64,000 nucleotides of DNA, from NCBI RefSeq assembly GCF_964243205.1, contig NZ_CAXTEO010000012.1; one strand, 5' to 3'. The translations under genes were made by a program, and so were the position numbers. Numbering within the stretch: the stretch's first letter is position 1; the number at the start of each line of letters is the position of its first letter. Source of the stretch: an uncultured Sphingomonas sp. (lineage in GTDB: Bacteria; Pseudomonadota; Alphaproteobacteria; Sphingomonadales; Sphingomonadaceae). Under the pieces are notes generated by a model that worked only from the letters and a program-made list of their open reading frames with translations, had not been told where the DNA came from and ran no database searches. Positions 1-10,412 of this stretch are shown piece after piece.

Positions 1-555
1 CTCGGTCTGGATCATTCCTGGGTTAATACCGACCACCCGAACACCATTTGCGATGCTGGTCGATCCGATGGCGCGGGTGAGTGCCATCAATGCAGCGTTA
101 CCTGTCGCGCTGGCTATCATAGCCGCTCGCGGGCGTTCGCCCGCTACGCCAATGATGTTGACGATAACCCCGGAATTGCGGGCGCTCATTTGCTGGAGCG
201 CCATTCGGGTTAAGTTTATGTATCCCCAGACCTTGAGGTCCCACGCAGAGCGCCAATGCGCCTCCGGTAAAGTCGCGATGTCTCCGGCGGGCACGGCACC
301 GGCGTTATTGACGAGGATGTCAACGGGATCCAGCTTTGGAAACCAATCGGCCAGCTTCGCGCTATCGGCGATATCTACCGCAACTCCAGTTGCAGCGGGC
401 CCTATTAATTCTGCCGCTTCGTCGAGCGCCTGCCGGTTGCGCGCTATAAGTGTTACACGACAACCCTCCTTGGCGAGCAGCTGCGCCGTGGCTAGGCCAA
501 TGCCTTTTGATCCGCCGGTGACGACAGCGTGCCGACCTTCTAATTCAAGATCCAT
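1..555 (-). CDS. Short-chain dehydrogenase/reductase (3' end runs off the window)
   Basis: Manual minus-strand translation from ATG 555: MDLELEGRHAVVTGGSKGIG (TGxxxGIG) and DILVNNAG; AGGAG RBS upstream. Confidence 0.9.
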   Translation of the reverse strand, partial: MDLELEGRHAVVTGGSKGIGLATAQLLAKEGCRVTLIARNRQALDEAAELIGPAATGVAVDIADSAKLADWFPKLDPVDILVNNAGAVPAGDIATLPEAHWRSAWDLKVWGYINLTRMALQQMSARNSGVIVNIIGVAGERPRAAMIASATGNAALMALTRAIGSTSIANGVRVVGINPGMIQTE

Positions 556-600
556 AGAAAACTCCTGTTCCTTGATTTCATCAAGCCCGGGTCGCTCGGG

Positions 601-1746
601 CTATTCCTGCTTATCGGAGCCAGTTTTCCGGAGCGGTGCGTAGGCGCGCGAATAAAGACGGTCGCCCATGAACCGGAGCGTTAGTTTCCGAAGCTTAGCA
701 GGCATGGCACGCGTCTTGTCTCGTGCGTGACACTGTCGTTGGACCCAACGAGTCCGAGCGAGGCGCTGTCTGGCGAAAGCGAAGTGAGCAGTTCCCGGGG
801 CCTGTCTGGCGAGCAGCGACGCCAAGAGAACAGCGTCCTCGATTGCCATCGCGGCACCCTGCGCCATGCTCGGCGAGCTTGCATGCGAGGCATCCCCAAT
901 CAACACGGAGTGCTGCGTCGCCCACGGGCGGGCCGGTACTTCTGCTAGGCGCGCGCAATGCACCTGCGCGGTTTCCGGCAACGAGGTAATCACGCATCGG
1001 AGAGGCGAGCTAAAGCCGGAAAACAAAGCTTTCAGATCACGAAGCGGTGACGATCCGGTTCCTGCTGCGGTCGTATCATCCGCGTAGAGATAGAGTTTGT
1101 TTCCCTCAATCGGCACGCCAAGTAGGGCGCGTCCGCGCCCCAGCATGACGGTCCAATCCTTTAAGGCCGGGGTATTCTCGGTGATCAAACGCCAGCAGCG
1201 CGGGGCAAGCATCGTGGGATACACACCGAATAGCAAAGTCCGTACCGTCGACTGAAGTCCGTCGGCACCGACGACTAGATCGTAACGCTGTTTCTCGCCG
1301 GACGAGAAGGTCGCGGTCATGCCATCGGCTTCATCCGACAAATCGATCACCTTGGTACCATAAGCGATTGATTTGACGACCACTTCGCGCAGCAGCCGGG
1401 AAAGTGCGGCTCGGCTGATCCCAAGGCAAGGCCCGGTTCCGCGCCAGAATTGAGATACATCCATATCGTGAAGTACAGTGCCGCTGCTATCGAGAATGAC
1501 TTGCCGGCTGATAGGATGCGCTTGCGCTGCCAGACGGGGCATGACGCCGAGTTCCGCGAGCGCTGCTGCAGCGTTGCCCGGCAGGTAGATACCTGCACCC
1601 GTGTCCGATGGCGTCGGGCTTTGCTCGACGATATCGAACTCGAGACCGTGCTGCTCCAGCGCCCGGGCGAGCGACAAACCCCCAATACCAGCGCCTACGA
1701 TGAGGATCCGGCTGCCGGATTTCGGCCGCGCTGCAACGACGCTCAC
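601..1746 (-). CDS. FAD-dependent monooxygenase
   Basis: GAGIGG, DLVVGADG and LIGDASH...AQGAAMAIED motifs. Confidence 0.9.
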   Translation of the reverse strand: MSVVAARPKSGSRILIVGAGIGGLSLARALEQHGLEFDIVEQSPTPSDTGAGIYLPGNAAAALAELGVMPRLAAQAHPISRQVILDSSGTVLHDMDVSQFWRGTGPCLGISRAALSRLLREVVVKSIAYGTKVIDLSDEADGMTATFSSGEKQRYDLVVGADGLQSTVRTLLFGVYPTMLAPRCWRLITENTPALKDWTVMLGRGRALLGVPIEGNKLYLYADDTTAAGTGSSPLRDLKALFSGFSSPLRCVITSLPETAQVHCARLAEVPARPWATQHSVLIGDASHASSPSMAQGAAMAIEDAVLLASLLARQAPGTAHFAFARQRLARTRWVQRQCHARDKTRAMPAKLRKLTLRFMGDRLYSRAYAPLRKTGSDKQE

Positions 1747-3200
1747 TGGAAGATAGCCTTGATCTCCGTGAAACTCTCCAGTCCCTCGATGCCGCCTTCC
1801 CGGCCAAAGCCTGATTTTTTGAAGCCTCCAAAGGGCGCGGCCGGTTCCAATGCGATCCGGTTGATGCCTACCTGTCCTGTCCGTAAGCGTGAGGCGATAC
1901 GGTAGGCCCGTTCTACATCGCGGCCAAAAACGCTACCGCTCAGACCGAATGAAACGCTATTCGACAGTTCAATCGCATCTGCGTCGTTCCCATAACTTTG
2001 AATCGTCACGACGGGGCCGAAGACCTCTTCTCGAGCAATGGTCATCTCAGGCGTCACTCGGTCGAAGACAGTCGGTTCGACGTAGAAGCCGCGGTCAAAA
2101 TCGCTGCTCTGGACCCCGCCTGTGACAACGCGCGCGCCTTCCCGGCACGCACCCTCGATATAGGCCATCACTTTCTTGCCCTGCCGCTCGTTGAGGAGGG
2201 GGCCGTGAGTGGTCGAAGGGTCGGACGGTTGGCCGAGCCTGAAGGCTTTGACGAAAGCCGCAACACGGCTGACGACTTCTTCGAGACGGCTCTTTGGAGC
2301 CAAGATGCGCGACTGCGAGAAGCAGAATTGGCCGGAAAATGGCATCAGGAATGGCGCCAGAGCAGGCACCGCCAAATCCAAATCAACGTCGTCCAAGAGA
2401 ATAGCCGCCGACTTACCGCCGAGCTCCAGTGTCATGCGGTTCAGATTGCCGGCTGCTGCGGTCGCCACGCTCCGACCGGTTGCAACGCTGCCGGTGAAAC
2501 TAACCTTATCGATCTGATCAGACCCCACAAGGAGGGCACTTTCCTCGCGGTCAGCGGTAACGACGTTCACGACACCAGCCGGAAAATCGACTTCCTTCAC
2601 GCAGCTGGCCAGAACCGAGGCTTCGAGCGGACTCTCGATAGCCGGCTTGATCACCACGCAGCTGCCGCTCGCAAGGGCAGCGCCGAGCTTTTGCATCATG
2701 ATAGGGAAAGCGGCGTTCCACGGCACGACCAGCGCCGCGACCCCGATCGGTTCGCGACGAACCCGGATCGTTCCGCTTGCGGTATCACGCTGAGTATCAA
2801 AGTCATACCCGGCGGCGAGATCAGCGTAGTAGCGGAGACGCGCGACCCCTGCCTTAACGATCGCGGCGGCCGGTGTCATCGGCATGGCGACCTGAGCAGT
2901 CCAAAGCTGCGCCAGCAACGGCAGACGCGCGGTTAAGCGGTCCGCTAAGCGGTGCATGAATTCCGCCCGCTCTGTACCGGAAAATTGCGGCCAAGGGCCC
3001 CAATCAAACGCTGAACGGGCGGCGTTGATGGCTGTTCTTACCTCGTCCGCAGTAGCCATAGGCATCGTGACGAGCGGCATTTGGCTGGCGGGATCGATTA
3101 GGATTGTGTGCTTGAGCCCTCGCGCTTGCACAAAGCGGCCGTCGATAAAAAAGCCGTTCAACGTTTCGTCGGAAATGTCGCCGATAGCTGCAAACGTCAT
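1743..3200 (-). CDS. Aldehyde dehydrogenase
   Basis: PWN, FTGS, LELGGKS, GQFC, EEVFGPV and PFGGFKKSG motifs. Confidence 0.95.
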   Translation of the reverse strand: MTFAAIGDISDETLNGFFIDGRFVQARGLKHTILIDPASQMPLVTMPMATADEVRTAINAARSAFDWGPWPQFSGTERAEFMHRLADRLTARLPLLAQLWTAQVAMPMTPAAAIVKAGVARLRYYADLAAGYDFDTQRDTASGTIRVRREPIGVAALVVPWNAAFPIMMQKLGAALASGSCVVIKPAIESPLEASVLASCVKEVDFPAGVVNVVTADREESALLVGSDQIDKVSFTGSVATGRSVATAAAGNLNRMTLELGGKSAAILLDDVDLDLAVPALAPFLMPFSGQFCFSQSRILAPKSRLEEVVSRVAAFVKAFRLGQPSDPSTTHGPLLNERQGKKVMAYIEGACREGARVVTGGVQSSDFDRGFYVEPTVFDRVTPEMTIAREEVFGPVVTIQSYGNDADAIELSNSVSFGLSGSVFGRDVERAYRIASRLRTGQVGINRIALEPAAPFGGFKKSGFGREGGIEGLESFTEIKAIFQ

Positions 3201-3305
3201 GGAGACCTCGTGATGGGCGGCGATTGCTGGCGCCGAACATCGGAGGACATAGGATGTTTAAATGCGGGTGCTTTCCTTAGAGCGCTAAACTTGCAAAAAA
3301 CCGCT

Positions 3306-4256
3306 TTAACTTCTGCGATAGACACTTGGAGACACCCCGAAGTGCTGAGTGAAGGCCCGCGTGAAATGAGCGTGCGATGAGAAACCAGCCGCAAAAGCGA
3401 TTTCAGTTATCGGTCGGGCGCCGTGCGTAAGAAGGAGCGCAGCCTTTTTGAGACGGATTTCCATAAGAAAACGGTGCGGCGTCGATCCTGTGGCAGACCG
3501 AAATAAGCGGAGAAAATGAGACGGACTATATCCTGTTTCCGTTGCCAAATCGGCAATCGAAAGATTATCGGCGTAACGCTCATCCATCATGGCCAGAACG
3601 CGTATGAGGTGGCGTTTTGGAAGCGCATGAGACCCGGGCGCGGCCGGGACGTCCGTGCGTGCAAGATTGATAAAGCGCAACACGATCGAATGTGCAATGT
3701 GCTCGGAGAAAAGACGGCCGTTCGGGCTTCCCCCGGCCGCTTCGTCCGCCGCCAGCGTCACGAGGCTCGCGAGCGTGTGATCCGTTACGCCTAAATGATC
3801 GACGAAACTCCGGTTGATCGCGAGATCGTTTTCTGCAGCCGCTTCCTCTGCGACTTTCGGATCAATGGTACAGGCGACTACGTGGTAAGGTGTCTGCGGA
3901 TGGACTTCTGGAAGGATGCCGGCTGATCCGATCGAGACTGAGCCCGGTAGTTTAGTCACACGGCTGAATTTACCTGGTCGATATGCGCGTTCCGCGAACG
4001 TCGGACTGCGCTCCCATAGCATAAAGTAATGCTGGGAAAGCACTTCTTCAGCGCGCTCTACGGCGGGTGCTATTCGACGCTCCAAGACGACCCCGGGGAT
4101 CATAATTCCGGGACTGGGTGAAGCTGAGTTTGATCCGCGTAATAGTATGTCGAGTGGCGACTCTGTGTCAGTATTATTCGCGACCATGGTTTTGCTATCC
4201 TGCGTCAGCCTAGGTTCGGCAGCCATGCTGCTGATCGAGTGCTCGGGTGAGACCAA
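3306..4256 (-). CDS. AraC family transcriptional regulator (start uncertain)
   Basis: C-terminal double HTH: SPSHFLRLFR...ITEIAFAAGFSSHAHFTRAF. Confidence 0.9.
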   Translation of the reverse strand: MVSPEHSISSMAAEPRLTQDSKTMVANNTDTESPLDILLRGSNSASPSPGIMIPGVVLERRIAPAVERAEEVLSQHYFMLWERSPTFAERAYRPGKFSRVTKLPGSVSIGSAGILPEVHPQTPYHVVACTIDPKVAEEAAAENDLAINRSFVDHLGVTDHTLASLVTLAADEAAGGSPNGRLFSEHIAHSIVLRFINLARTDVPAAPGSHALPKRHLIRVLAMMDERYADNLSIADLATETGYSPSHFLRLFRSATGSTPHRFLMEIRLKKAALLLTHGARPITEIAFAAGFSSHAHFTRAFTQHFGVSPSVYRRS

Positions 4257-4390
4257 GCTGCGTGTATATTCGGGGATTTACACCTTTTCCCGGACGAGTC
4301 TTATCCACGCTATTTTGGCCATGCCTCCCCAAGCCACTTTCTTCCTGCCGCCACCCTCAACGACCGCCCAAAGCCTCATTCAATAGCCAG

Positions 4391-4427
4391 AAAAGTTCAG
4401 GGTTGGCTTCGCGAAGCCAACCCTGAA
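4391..4427 (-). terminator. Probable intrinsic terminator (32-bp perfect palindrome)
   Basis: TTCAGGGTTGGCTTCG|CGAAGCCAACCCTGAA at 4396-4427, followed by a T-run on the minus strand; lies downstream of the hydrolase gene. Confidence 0.7.
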
Positions 4428-4479
4428 TACGAGCGCTGATGCGTCCGGGGAGGGGGGAGGAGCTACACCAGCACGTCGT

Positions 4480-5259
4480 TCATTGCGTCGTTGCAGCCTT
4501 CTCGATGATCCGGGCTACTTCGACTGGATGCGAGACCATGACGACGTGAGACGCTCCCTTCACGACTACAGTTTGTCGAGAATGAGCTCGGTTCGCCATG
4601 AAACCGAGCGCTGCAGGCGGGATGTTCTTATCCGCGTCACCGTACACGAAGTAGGACGGGATGCGTTTCCAGCCGGGCTCAGGTGATTGCTCGGTGAGAG
4701 CCGCAGCTGAGATCGGCCGCTGTCCCACCGACATGAGGTAAGCCTGCGCGGGCGCGACGTCTGCGGCGAATTGAGCCGGAAATTTGCCTTGAATGACGTA
4801 GAAGTTCTTGCCTCCACCTGGGAGAGGCACGGCCGGCGTGAGCGTTCCCGCAAGCGAACTGCCGGGAAATTTGTTGGTCAAGCCGAGCGCGGTTTCCCCG
4901 GCTGCAGGCGCAAATGCACTGACATAGACCAGCGCTTTCACGCTCGGCACGCCAACCGAAGCAGCGCTGATGACGGAGCCCGCGTATGAGTGCCCGACAA
5001 GAACCACTCGCCCCTTGAGACGCGAAACAACGCTGGCGACCTCGGCAGCGTCGCTTCGGACGCCCCGCAAGGGGTTCTCCAAAGCAATCACAAAGTAGCC
5101 ATCTTTGCGAAGGATCGGAATGAGCTGGTTCCAGCTCGAGGAGTCCGCAAACGCACCGTGAACAAGCACGATCGTGGCCTTCGGCGCCGGTTGAGCGCTC
5201 ACGTTGGTTGCGCCCAGGACTGCGGCGATCGCGGCAACGCTGACAAGCGACTTCTTCAT
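4480..5259 (-). CDS. Secreted alpha/beta hydrolase
   Basis: Signal peptide, LVHGAF and GHSYAG nucleophile motif. Confidence 0.9.
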   Translation of the reverse strand: MKKSLVSVAAIAAVLGATNVSAQPAPKATIVLVHGAFADSSSWNQLIPILRKDGYFVIALENPLRGVRSDAAEVASVVSRLKGRVVLVGHSYAGSVISAASVGVPSVKALVYVSAFAPAAGETALGLTNKFPGSSLAGTLTPAVPLPGGGKNFYVIQGKFPAQFAADVAPAQAYLMSVGQRPISAAALTEQSPEPGWKRIPSYFVYGDADKNIPPAALGFMANRAHSRQTVVVKGASHVVMVSHPVEVARIIEKAATTQ

Positions 5260-5277
5260 TGATATTCTCCTTAAAAC

Positions 5278-5691
5278 TTAGCCCAGCGCCACAACGGCGT
5301 CGATGTTGCCCTTGATCGCTTTGGAATAGGGACAGGTGCGGTGGGCTTCGTTGACGAGGTCGCTCGCGACCACCCTGTCCATGCCGGGCAGGTAAATCGT
5401 CATTTGAGCTGCCAACGAGAATCCATCGTCCCCCTGACGAAGGCTCACCTCCGCGTCGATCGCCATACCGTCCGACAGCTTCACGCCCTTGACGCGGGCC
5501 GCATGGGTGATCGCCCCTTCGCAGCAGGCCGACCAGCCTGCTGCGAAGAGCTGCTCTGGGTTGGTCTCCTGCCCGGACCCACCCGGCGCAGAGAGCTTGA
5601 GATCGAGACGGCCATCCGAACTCCGGGCGGCGCCGTCGCGGCCCCCGGCAACACGGACGTTGGCGGTATAGAGGGTCTTTGGTTCCGGCAC
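5278..5691 (-). CDS. ohr: Organic hydroperoxide resistance protein (Ohr/OsmC family)
   Basis: GGRDG, NPEQLFAAGWSAC and AHRTCPYSKA motifs. Confidence 0.9.
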   Translation of the reverse strand: MPEPKTLYTANVRVAGGRDGAARSSDGRLDLKLSAPGGSGQETNPEQLFAAGWSACCEGAITHAARVKGVKLSDGMAIDAEVSLRQGDDGFSLAAQMTIYLPGMDRVVASDLVNEAHRTCPYSKAIKGNIDAVVALG

Positions 5692-5723
5692 GGGGGAGAC
5701 TCCTGGGCGTTATCAAAAGTGGG

Positions 5724-6992
5724 TCAGCGGACCGTACGAAAGGCTGCACGGACTTCCTGGGCGAAGATCTGCGGCTGTTCCCATGCGGCGAAATGGCCGC
5801 CATTCTCTGCTTCGTTGAAGTAGATGAGGTGCGTGTAAGCTCTCTCTGCCCACGTCTTGGGAGCGCGGAAAATCTCGCCCGGAAAGACGCTTACAGCGAC
5901 CGGCATGTCGATCACGCCCCGAGCGTTGAAGTTGTTGGTATGATCTTCCCAATAAATTCGGGCAGCAGATGCGCCGGTCTTGGACAGCCAGTAGAGGGAG
6001 ATGTCGTCGAGGATCTCATCGCGCGTCAGCACGCGGAGCGGATCGCCATCTGCGTAAACCCATTGCGCAATCTTCTCATACATCCACGCGGCCATGCCGA
6101 CCGGAGAATCCACGAGCGAGTAGCCAATGGTCTGCGGTCGAGTATTCATCTCACCCGCGTAGCCGGCGTTGTCCCGATAGAAGGCGGCTAGCTGATCGAA
6201 AGCGCTCCGCTCTTTCGGCGTCAGCGTCGGCGGGGCCGGATCGCCGGCCGCGAGGGTCTTGGCGATGTCGGCTGGGACGACCGCGGGCATGTTCAGGTGG
6301 ATTGCGGCAAGGCCGGGTACCTTTTGCAGGGCCATGCGCTGCGAGATCACGGAGCCGCAGTCGCCGCCTTGGGAGACATAGCGGGCATAGCCGAGCCGCT
6401 GCATCAGCGTCGCCCAGGCCCGGCCGGTACGATCGGACCCCCAACCAGGTGTTGTCGGCCGTGCGGAGAAGCCAAAACCAGGGATAGACGGGATGACCAG
6501 GTGGAAGGCGTCTTCGGCCCGGCCGCCATGTGCGGTCGGATCAGTGAGCGGGGCGATGACCTTTAGAAACTCCAGGACCGATCCAGGCCACCCATGGGTA
6601 AGGATCATCGGCATGGCGTTCTCATGCCGCGATCGGACATGGATGAAGTGAATGTCCAGACCGTCAATCTTGGTCATGAACATGGGCAGGCTGTTGAGGC
6701 GCGCTTCCACCTTCCGCCAGTCGTAGCCATCGCTCCAGTAGCGCATGAGCGGTTCGAGCGTCTGGCGTGTCACGCCCTGACTGTTGTCGGACACGGGCTG
6801 TGCGTCTGCCCAGCGGGTGTCGACGATGCGCCGTTTCATGTCGGCAAGGTCGCGTGCCGGTATCGCGATGCGGAAGGGCCGGATGGCATTCCCGGCGAGC
6901 GTCTGACTCAAGCCGGGCATCGCTCCGAGTGCCCCGGCGACCGCCGCGCTCACCATGAATGATCGCCGCGATGTCGTTAGATCCTCAAACAC
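5724..6992 (-). CDS. Epoxide hydrolase (EHN type) with Tat-like signal
   Basis: GTG 6992 with GGAGG RBS; SRRSF twin-arginine motif; HGWPGS, QGGD and GGHFAAWEQP. Confidence 0.9.
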   Translation of the reverse strand: MFEDLTTSRRSFMVSAAVAGALGAMPGLSQTLAGNAIRPFRIAIPARDLADMKRRIVDTRWADAQPVSDNSQGVTRQTLEPLMRYWSDGYDWRKVEARLNSLPMFMTKIDGLDIHFIHVRSRHENAMPMILTHGWPGSVLEFLKVIAPLTDPTAHGGRAEDAFHLVIPSIPGFGFSARPTTPGWGSDRTGRAWATLMQRLGYARYVSQGGDCGSVISQRMALQKVPGLAAIHLNMPAVVPADIAKTLAAGDPAPPTLTPKERSAFDQLAAFYRDNAGYAGEMNTRPQTIGYSLVDSPVGMAAWMYEKIAQWVYADGDPLRVLTRDEILDDISLYWLSKTGASAARIYWEDHTNNFNARGVIDMPVAVSVFPGEIFRAPKTWAERAYTHLIYFNEAENGGHFAAWEQPQIFAQEVRAAFRTVR

Positions 6993-7124
6993 CCTGTTTC
7001 CTCCCGATGCCACTCCAGGAGACGTTGGCAGGTTGTCCGGTAAGCCGCTCGTTAGGGTATGCCGCGATTGCGTTAGATCGCGCCGGTCTGCGAAAGTGGC
7101 TCGCAAAAGCTAACGATGGCCTCG

Positions 7125-9899
7125 CTAGGCGCCTGCCAATTGGACGAGCTGAACCGCAATGGCGTTTGTCCAAGCGACTGAACCTTGCTGGACCGCGAGC
7201 GCAGCCGCCACTTGAAGGAGTGCGGTAGCTTCGTCTGCGCCGTTTTGCCGGCGTGCTATCACGGCCGCTTTGAGGCGAAGCAACTCTGGCGTGGCGAAGA
7301 GTTCGCCGATCCTTTCGCACCTGGACAGGGTCGCGTCGATCACCTCGACAGCCTCGGTCGGTCGTTTGGCATTGATAAGGCCGTTGGCAAGCGCGATCGA
7401 GAACGGGGTCGTGAGCAGTTCATAGCGCGCGGCGCGGAGGCGGGAGAGGCTTTCTTCGACCGCCTCCAGTGCCGTGTCGCCAGCACCACGCTGTATGGCG
7501 AGTTCGCCCCGCAGACCGCCGGTGGCAGCGATGTATGGGCCTAGCGCGTTTGCTGCGGCGCATTGGGCAAAAGTTTCGAGGGTCTGCTCTGCCGTCTCGA
7601 GATCGCCTATCCAGAGATAGACCGCGAAGGACCAGATCATCGCGATACAGTGCGTCACCGGATGATCGAGGCGCGCCGCTTCTGCTACGGTCGCGCGCGC
7701 GACGACGCCGGCACGTTCCGACTGCCCGAGCAGCCACAGGGTTCTCGCCAAGGCAATGCCAGCACGGTTGCGGTGGTCGAACCCGAAATAGGACGTTCGC
7801 GCCCGGTGGGACGGCGGGCTGCTCGCCAGCGCCAAGTCCAGGTCGTGGCGCGCTCGAGCCTGATCGCCCGCCAGATGCCGGGAAATGCCGGACAGGGAGT
7901 AGGCGATGCCCATGGCTTCTGGATCAGCCATCGACTCCGCAACGCTCACAGCGCGCTCGGCATAAGCCAAAGCCGTTTGGTACTCCCCGATACGTTCGTG
8001 AAAGATATGCAGCAGGCCGAACATCCGTATTTGAGCTCGGTAATCGGCCAGTGCATCCGCGACTGCCAAGGCACGCGTCAACGCGTTTCCAGCGGCCGTG
8101 CTGTTGCCGCGAGTGAACATCAAGGACAGGCCCAACGCTCCCTGCAGTTCGAGTTCGGTCACCGTGCCGAGTTGGGCATCGTCCAGAGCGCCAAGAGCGC
8201 GGGCGCTCCAACTCCGACATTCGAGAAGGTGCGTGAGGCCCATGAAAACGGGGAGGCTTGCAGCGGCAAGCCGGACGCCGGTATCAACGTCTCCCTCCGT
8301 ACCGAAGCACCAATCGAGTGCACTGCGGATGTTGCCGAGCTGAGGGCGAAGCGCGCGAACGTCTTCCAAGCCGTCGCCGTCGTCTGCGGCGGCTGCCTCC
8401 AGTTCGGTAACGAAAAAGTTGGCATGACGCGATGCGGTAAGCAAAAAACATGTCCGCCCCCGTGCGTTCAGCTTTTCACGCGCATAGGCACGGGTCATTT
8501 CCAGAAGCCGGTATGTTCCGGCGTTTCCGGTCCTGGTTGCCGCGATGAGCGATTTCGAGACCAGCTCGTCTACGGCCAGTGCCACTGCGTCCGCATCACA
8601 ATCGTCGGTTGCGGCGATCGCGAGTGCCGCATCAATCGAAAATGAACCGACGAAGATCGATAGGCGCTCCATCACGATCTGTTCGATGGGGGTAAGGAGG
8701 TCGTAGCTCCAATCGAGGGTGGCTTGCAGCGTCTGTTGGCGAGGCTGCGCGGTCCGCCTGCCCGACCATGCAAGGCTGAACCGTTCGCCGATCTGGCGAG
8801 CGGTTGCAGCCAGGCCGTGGCTGGCAACGCGGACCGCTGCCAGTTCGATCGGCAATGCTATACCGTCGAGGCGGGCGCAGAGATCCCCGATCATCCTCAG
8901 CGCCTCGTCGTCGAATACGAGCGCGCTGTCGGCGGCGCGAGCGCGTTCGCAGAAGAGTTGCACCGCAGGAAAGGCCAAGAGCGTCGTTCTATGGAGGCCT
9001 TCCGTGGCATCAGGATAAGCGAGCGCATCGAGCCGATGGACATGCTCTCCACGCACCCGAAGCGGTTCTCGGGAAGTGGTGAGAATACGCGCGCCGGGGG
9101 CTTCGCTGATGATCCGTTCGACCACATCCGCCGCTGCTTCGATGACATGCTCGCAATTGTCGAGGACGAGTAGGAAGCTTTCCTCCCTGAGATGCCCAAC
9201 GATGACGCCGACGGGATCGCCGCTTTGGATCGAGAGACCCATGGCGCCCGCGATCATCGAGGGAACGACGGTCGCGTTCTCAAGCATCGCGAAGTCGACG
9301 AAGGCAGTATGACCGGCAAATTGCGGCGACAGCCGATGCGCGACCTCTATCGCCAACGAGGTTTTGCCAACGCCAGCAGGCCCGATGATGCTGAACAACG
9401 ATTCGTCAACCACGCGCTTTGTCAGGATGTCCAGGTCATGATCGCGACCGATCAGGTGGGCCAGACGCAGCGGCAGGTTCGTTGTCGTGGTCAGGCTGAT
9501 CGTCGCGGCCGGCTCCGATGACGTGGCATGCCAGGCATGTTCGGCACCTGTCCGCTCAACCGGGGCCACGAAGGCGTAGCCAACGCCGATTTGCGTTGCG
9601 ATGTACCGGGCACCGTCCTCGCCGTCCCGAAGGTGCTTACGCAAGCCTGCCATGTGGAAGCGCACGCTTCCGTCCTCGACGACGACGCCAGCCCAGACGC
9701 GCTTGAGAAGTTCCCGCTTTGAGAAAACGGTGCCCGGCTGCTCTGTCAGAGTGACAAGAAGGTCGAATGCTCGGCCGCCGATCTCGACCGGTTTCCCATC
9801 ACGCGTGAGAAGTCGTTCTTTCGGCGCCAATACAAATGGACCGAAAGTTCTCTGCTCGCCAAGATGTTCACTATCCGCGTTCGACACAAAACCCCACAA
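7125..9899 (-). CDS. Winged-helix / STAND-type ATPase / TPR transcriptional regulator
   Basis: N-terminal OmpR-type wHTH, Walker A GPAGVGKT, LVLDNCEH, LDGIALPIELAA, helical C-terminus. Confidence 0.9.
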   Translation of the reverse strand: MWGFVSNADSEHLGEQRTFGPFVLAPKERLLTRDGKPVEIGGRAFDLLVTLTEQPGTVFSKRELLKRVWAGVVVEDGSVRFHMAGLRKHLRDGEDGARYIATQIGVGYAFVAPVERTGAEHAWHATSSEPAATISLTTTTNLPLRLAHLIGRDHDLDILTKRVVDESLFSIIGPAGVGKTSLAIEVAHRLSPQFAGHTAFVDFAMLENATVVPSMIAGAMGLSIQSGDPVGVIVGHLREESFLLVLDNCEHVIEAAADVVERIISEAPGARILTTSREPLRVRGEHVHRLDALAYPDATEGLHRTTLLAFPAVQLFCERARAADSALVFDDEALRMIGDLCARLDGIALPIELAAVRVASHGLAATARQIGERFSLAWSGRRTAQPRQQTLQATLDWSYDLLTPIEQIVMERLSIFVGSFSIDAALAIAATDDCDADAVALAVDELVSKSLIAATRTGNAGTYRLLEMTRAYAREKLNARGRTCFLLTASRHANFFVTELEAAAADDGDGLEDVRALRPQLGNIRSALDWCFGTEGDVDTGVRLAAASLPVFMGLTHLLECRSWSARALGALDDAQLGTVTELELQGALGLSLMFTRGNSTAAGNALTRALAVADALADYRAQIRMFGLLHIFHERIGEYQTALAYAERAVSVAESMADPEAMGIAYSLSGISRHLAGDQARARHDLDLALASSPPSHRARTSYFGFDHRNRAGIALARTLWLLGQSERAGVVARATVAEAARLDHPVTHCIAMIWSFAVYLWIGDLETAEQTLETFAQCAAANALGPYIAATGGLRGELAIQRGAGDTALEAVEESLSRLRAARYELLTTPFSIALANGLINAKRPTEAVEVIDATLSRCERIGELFATPELLRLKAAVIARRQNGADEATALLQVAAALAVQQGSVAWTNAIAVQLVQLAGA

Positions 9900-10039
9900 T
9901 GGCCCTTAACTCCGTTTCGACACGCGTATCGAAGCGACCGAGGATGCCGTTCGATGCCCTCGCTGCATCCTAAGCGAAAACGGCCTTGTGGAACAACGTC
10001 GATCCGAGGCACTGCATTCCTCGACGGTCTTCGCTCGAT

Positions 10040-10400
10040 GGGTTAGCCGATGAAGATTGACCGGTGGCCATAGACCCACAGCGCCGCTGGCCTCTGCCGA
10101 CCGCAAGGACCGACATGGGCGACGAAGCTAGCGATCTCCTTGGGATTGATCATAGGCAGAGGAGTGAGGTCGGACCCGCACGCGCCACGAACTCAGCCTC
10201 TGTCTTCGCGATGAGGACGTCTTTTTCACCTGCTCGGCTACTTGAGAAATTTTCTATGCCCTCGGAGCGGGGCAGCTTCGGCAGCAGCGTCTGGCCAACA
10301 TTGTTGACCAGAATGTCAGCCGCTCAAAAGGCATGGACGATCGCGTGCGCCGCGACGCATGGCATAATACCGCGACTATCGTCGCTATGGTGATCCATGC
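10040..10400 (-). pseudogene. Decayed SDR fragment
   Basis: Minus-strand fragments in different frames, broken by stops: ADILVNNVG, EAEFVARAGPTSLL, MINPKEIASFVAHV. Confidence 0.6.
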
Positions 10401-10412
10401 GGCCGACTGCTG

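Noticed and set aside
53-643. 196-aa plus-strand ORF
   Set aside because: Antisense shadow of the minus-strand SDR
5520-5530. Extra Cys in the Ohr active site (SACC)
   Set aside because: Single substitution with both catalytic Cys retained; no evidence of significance
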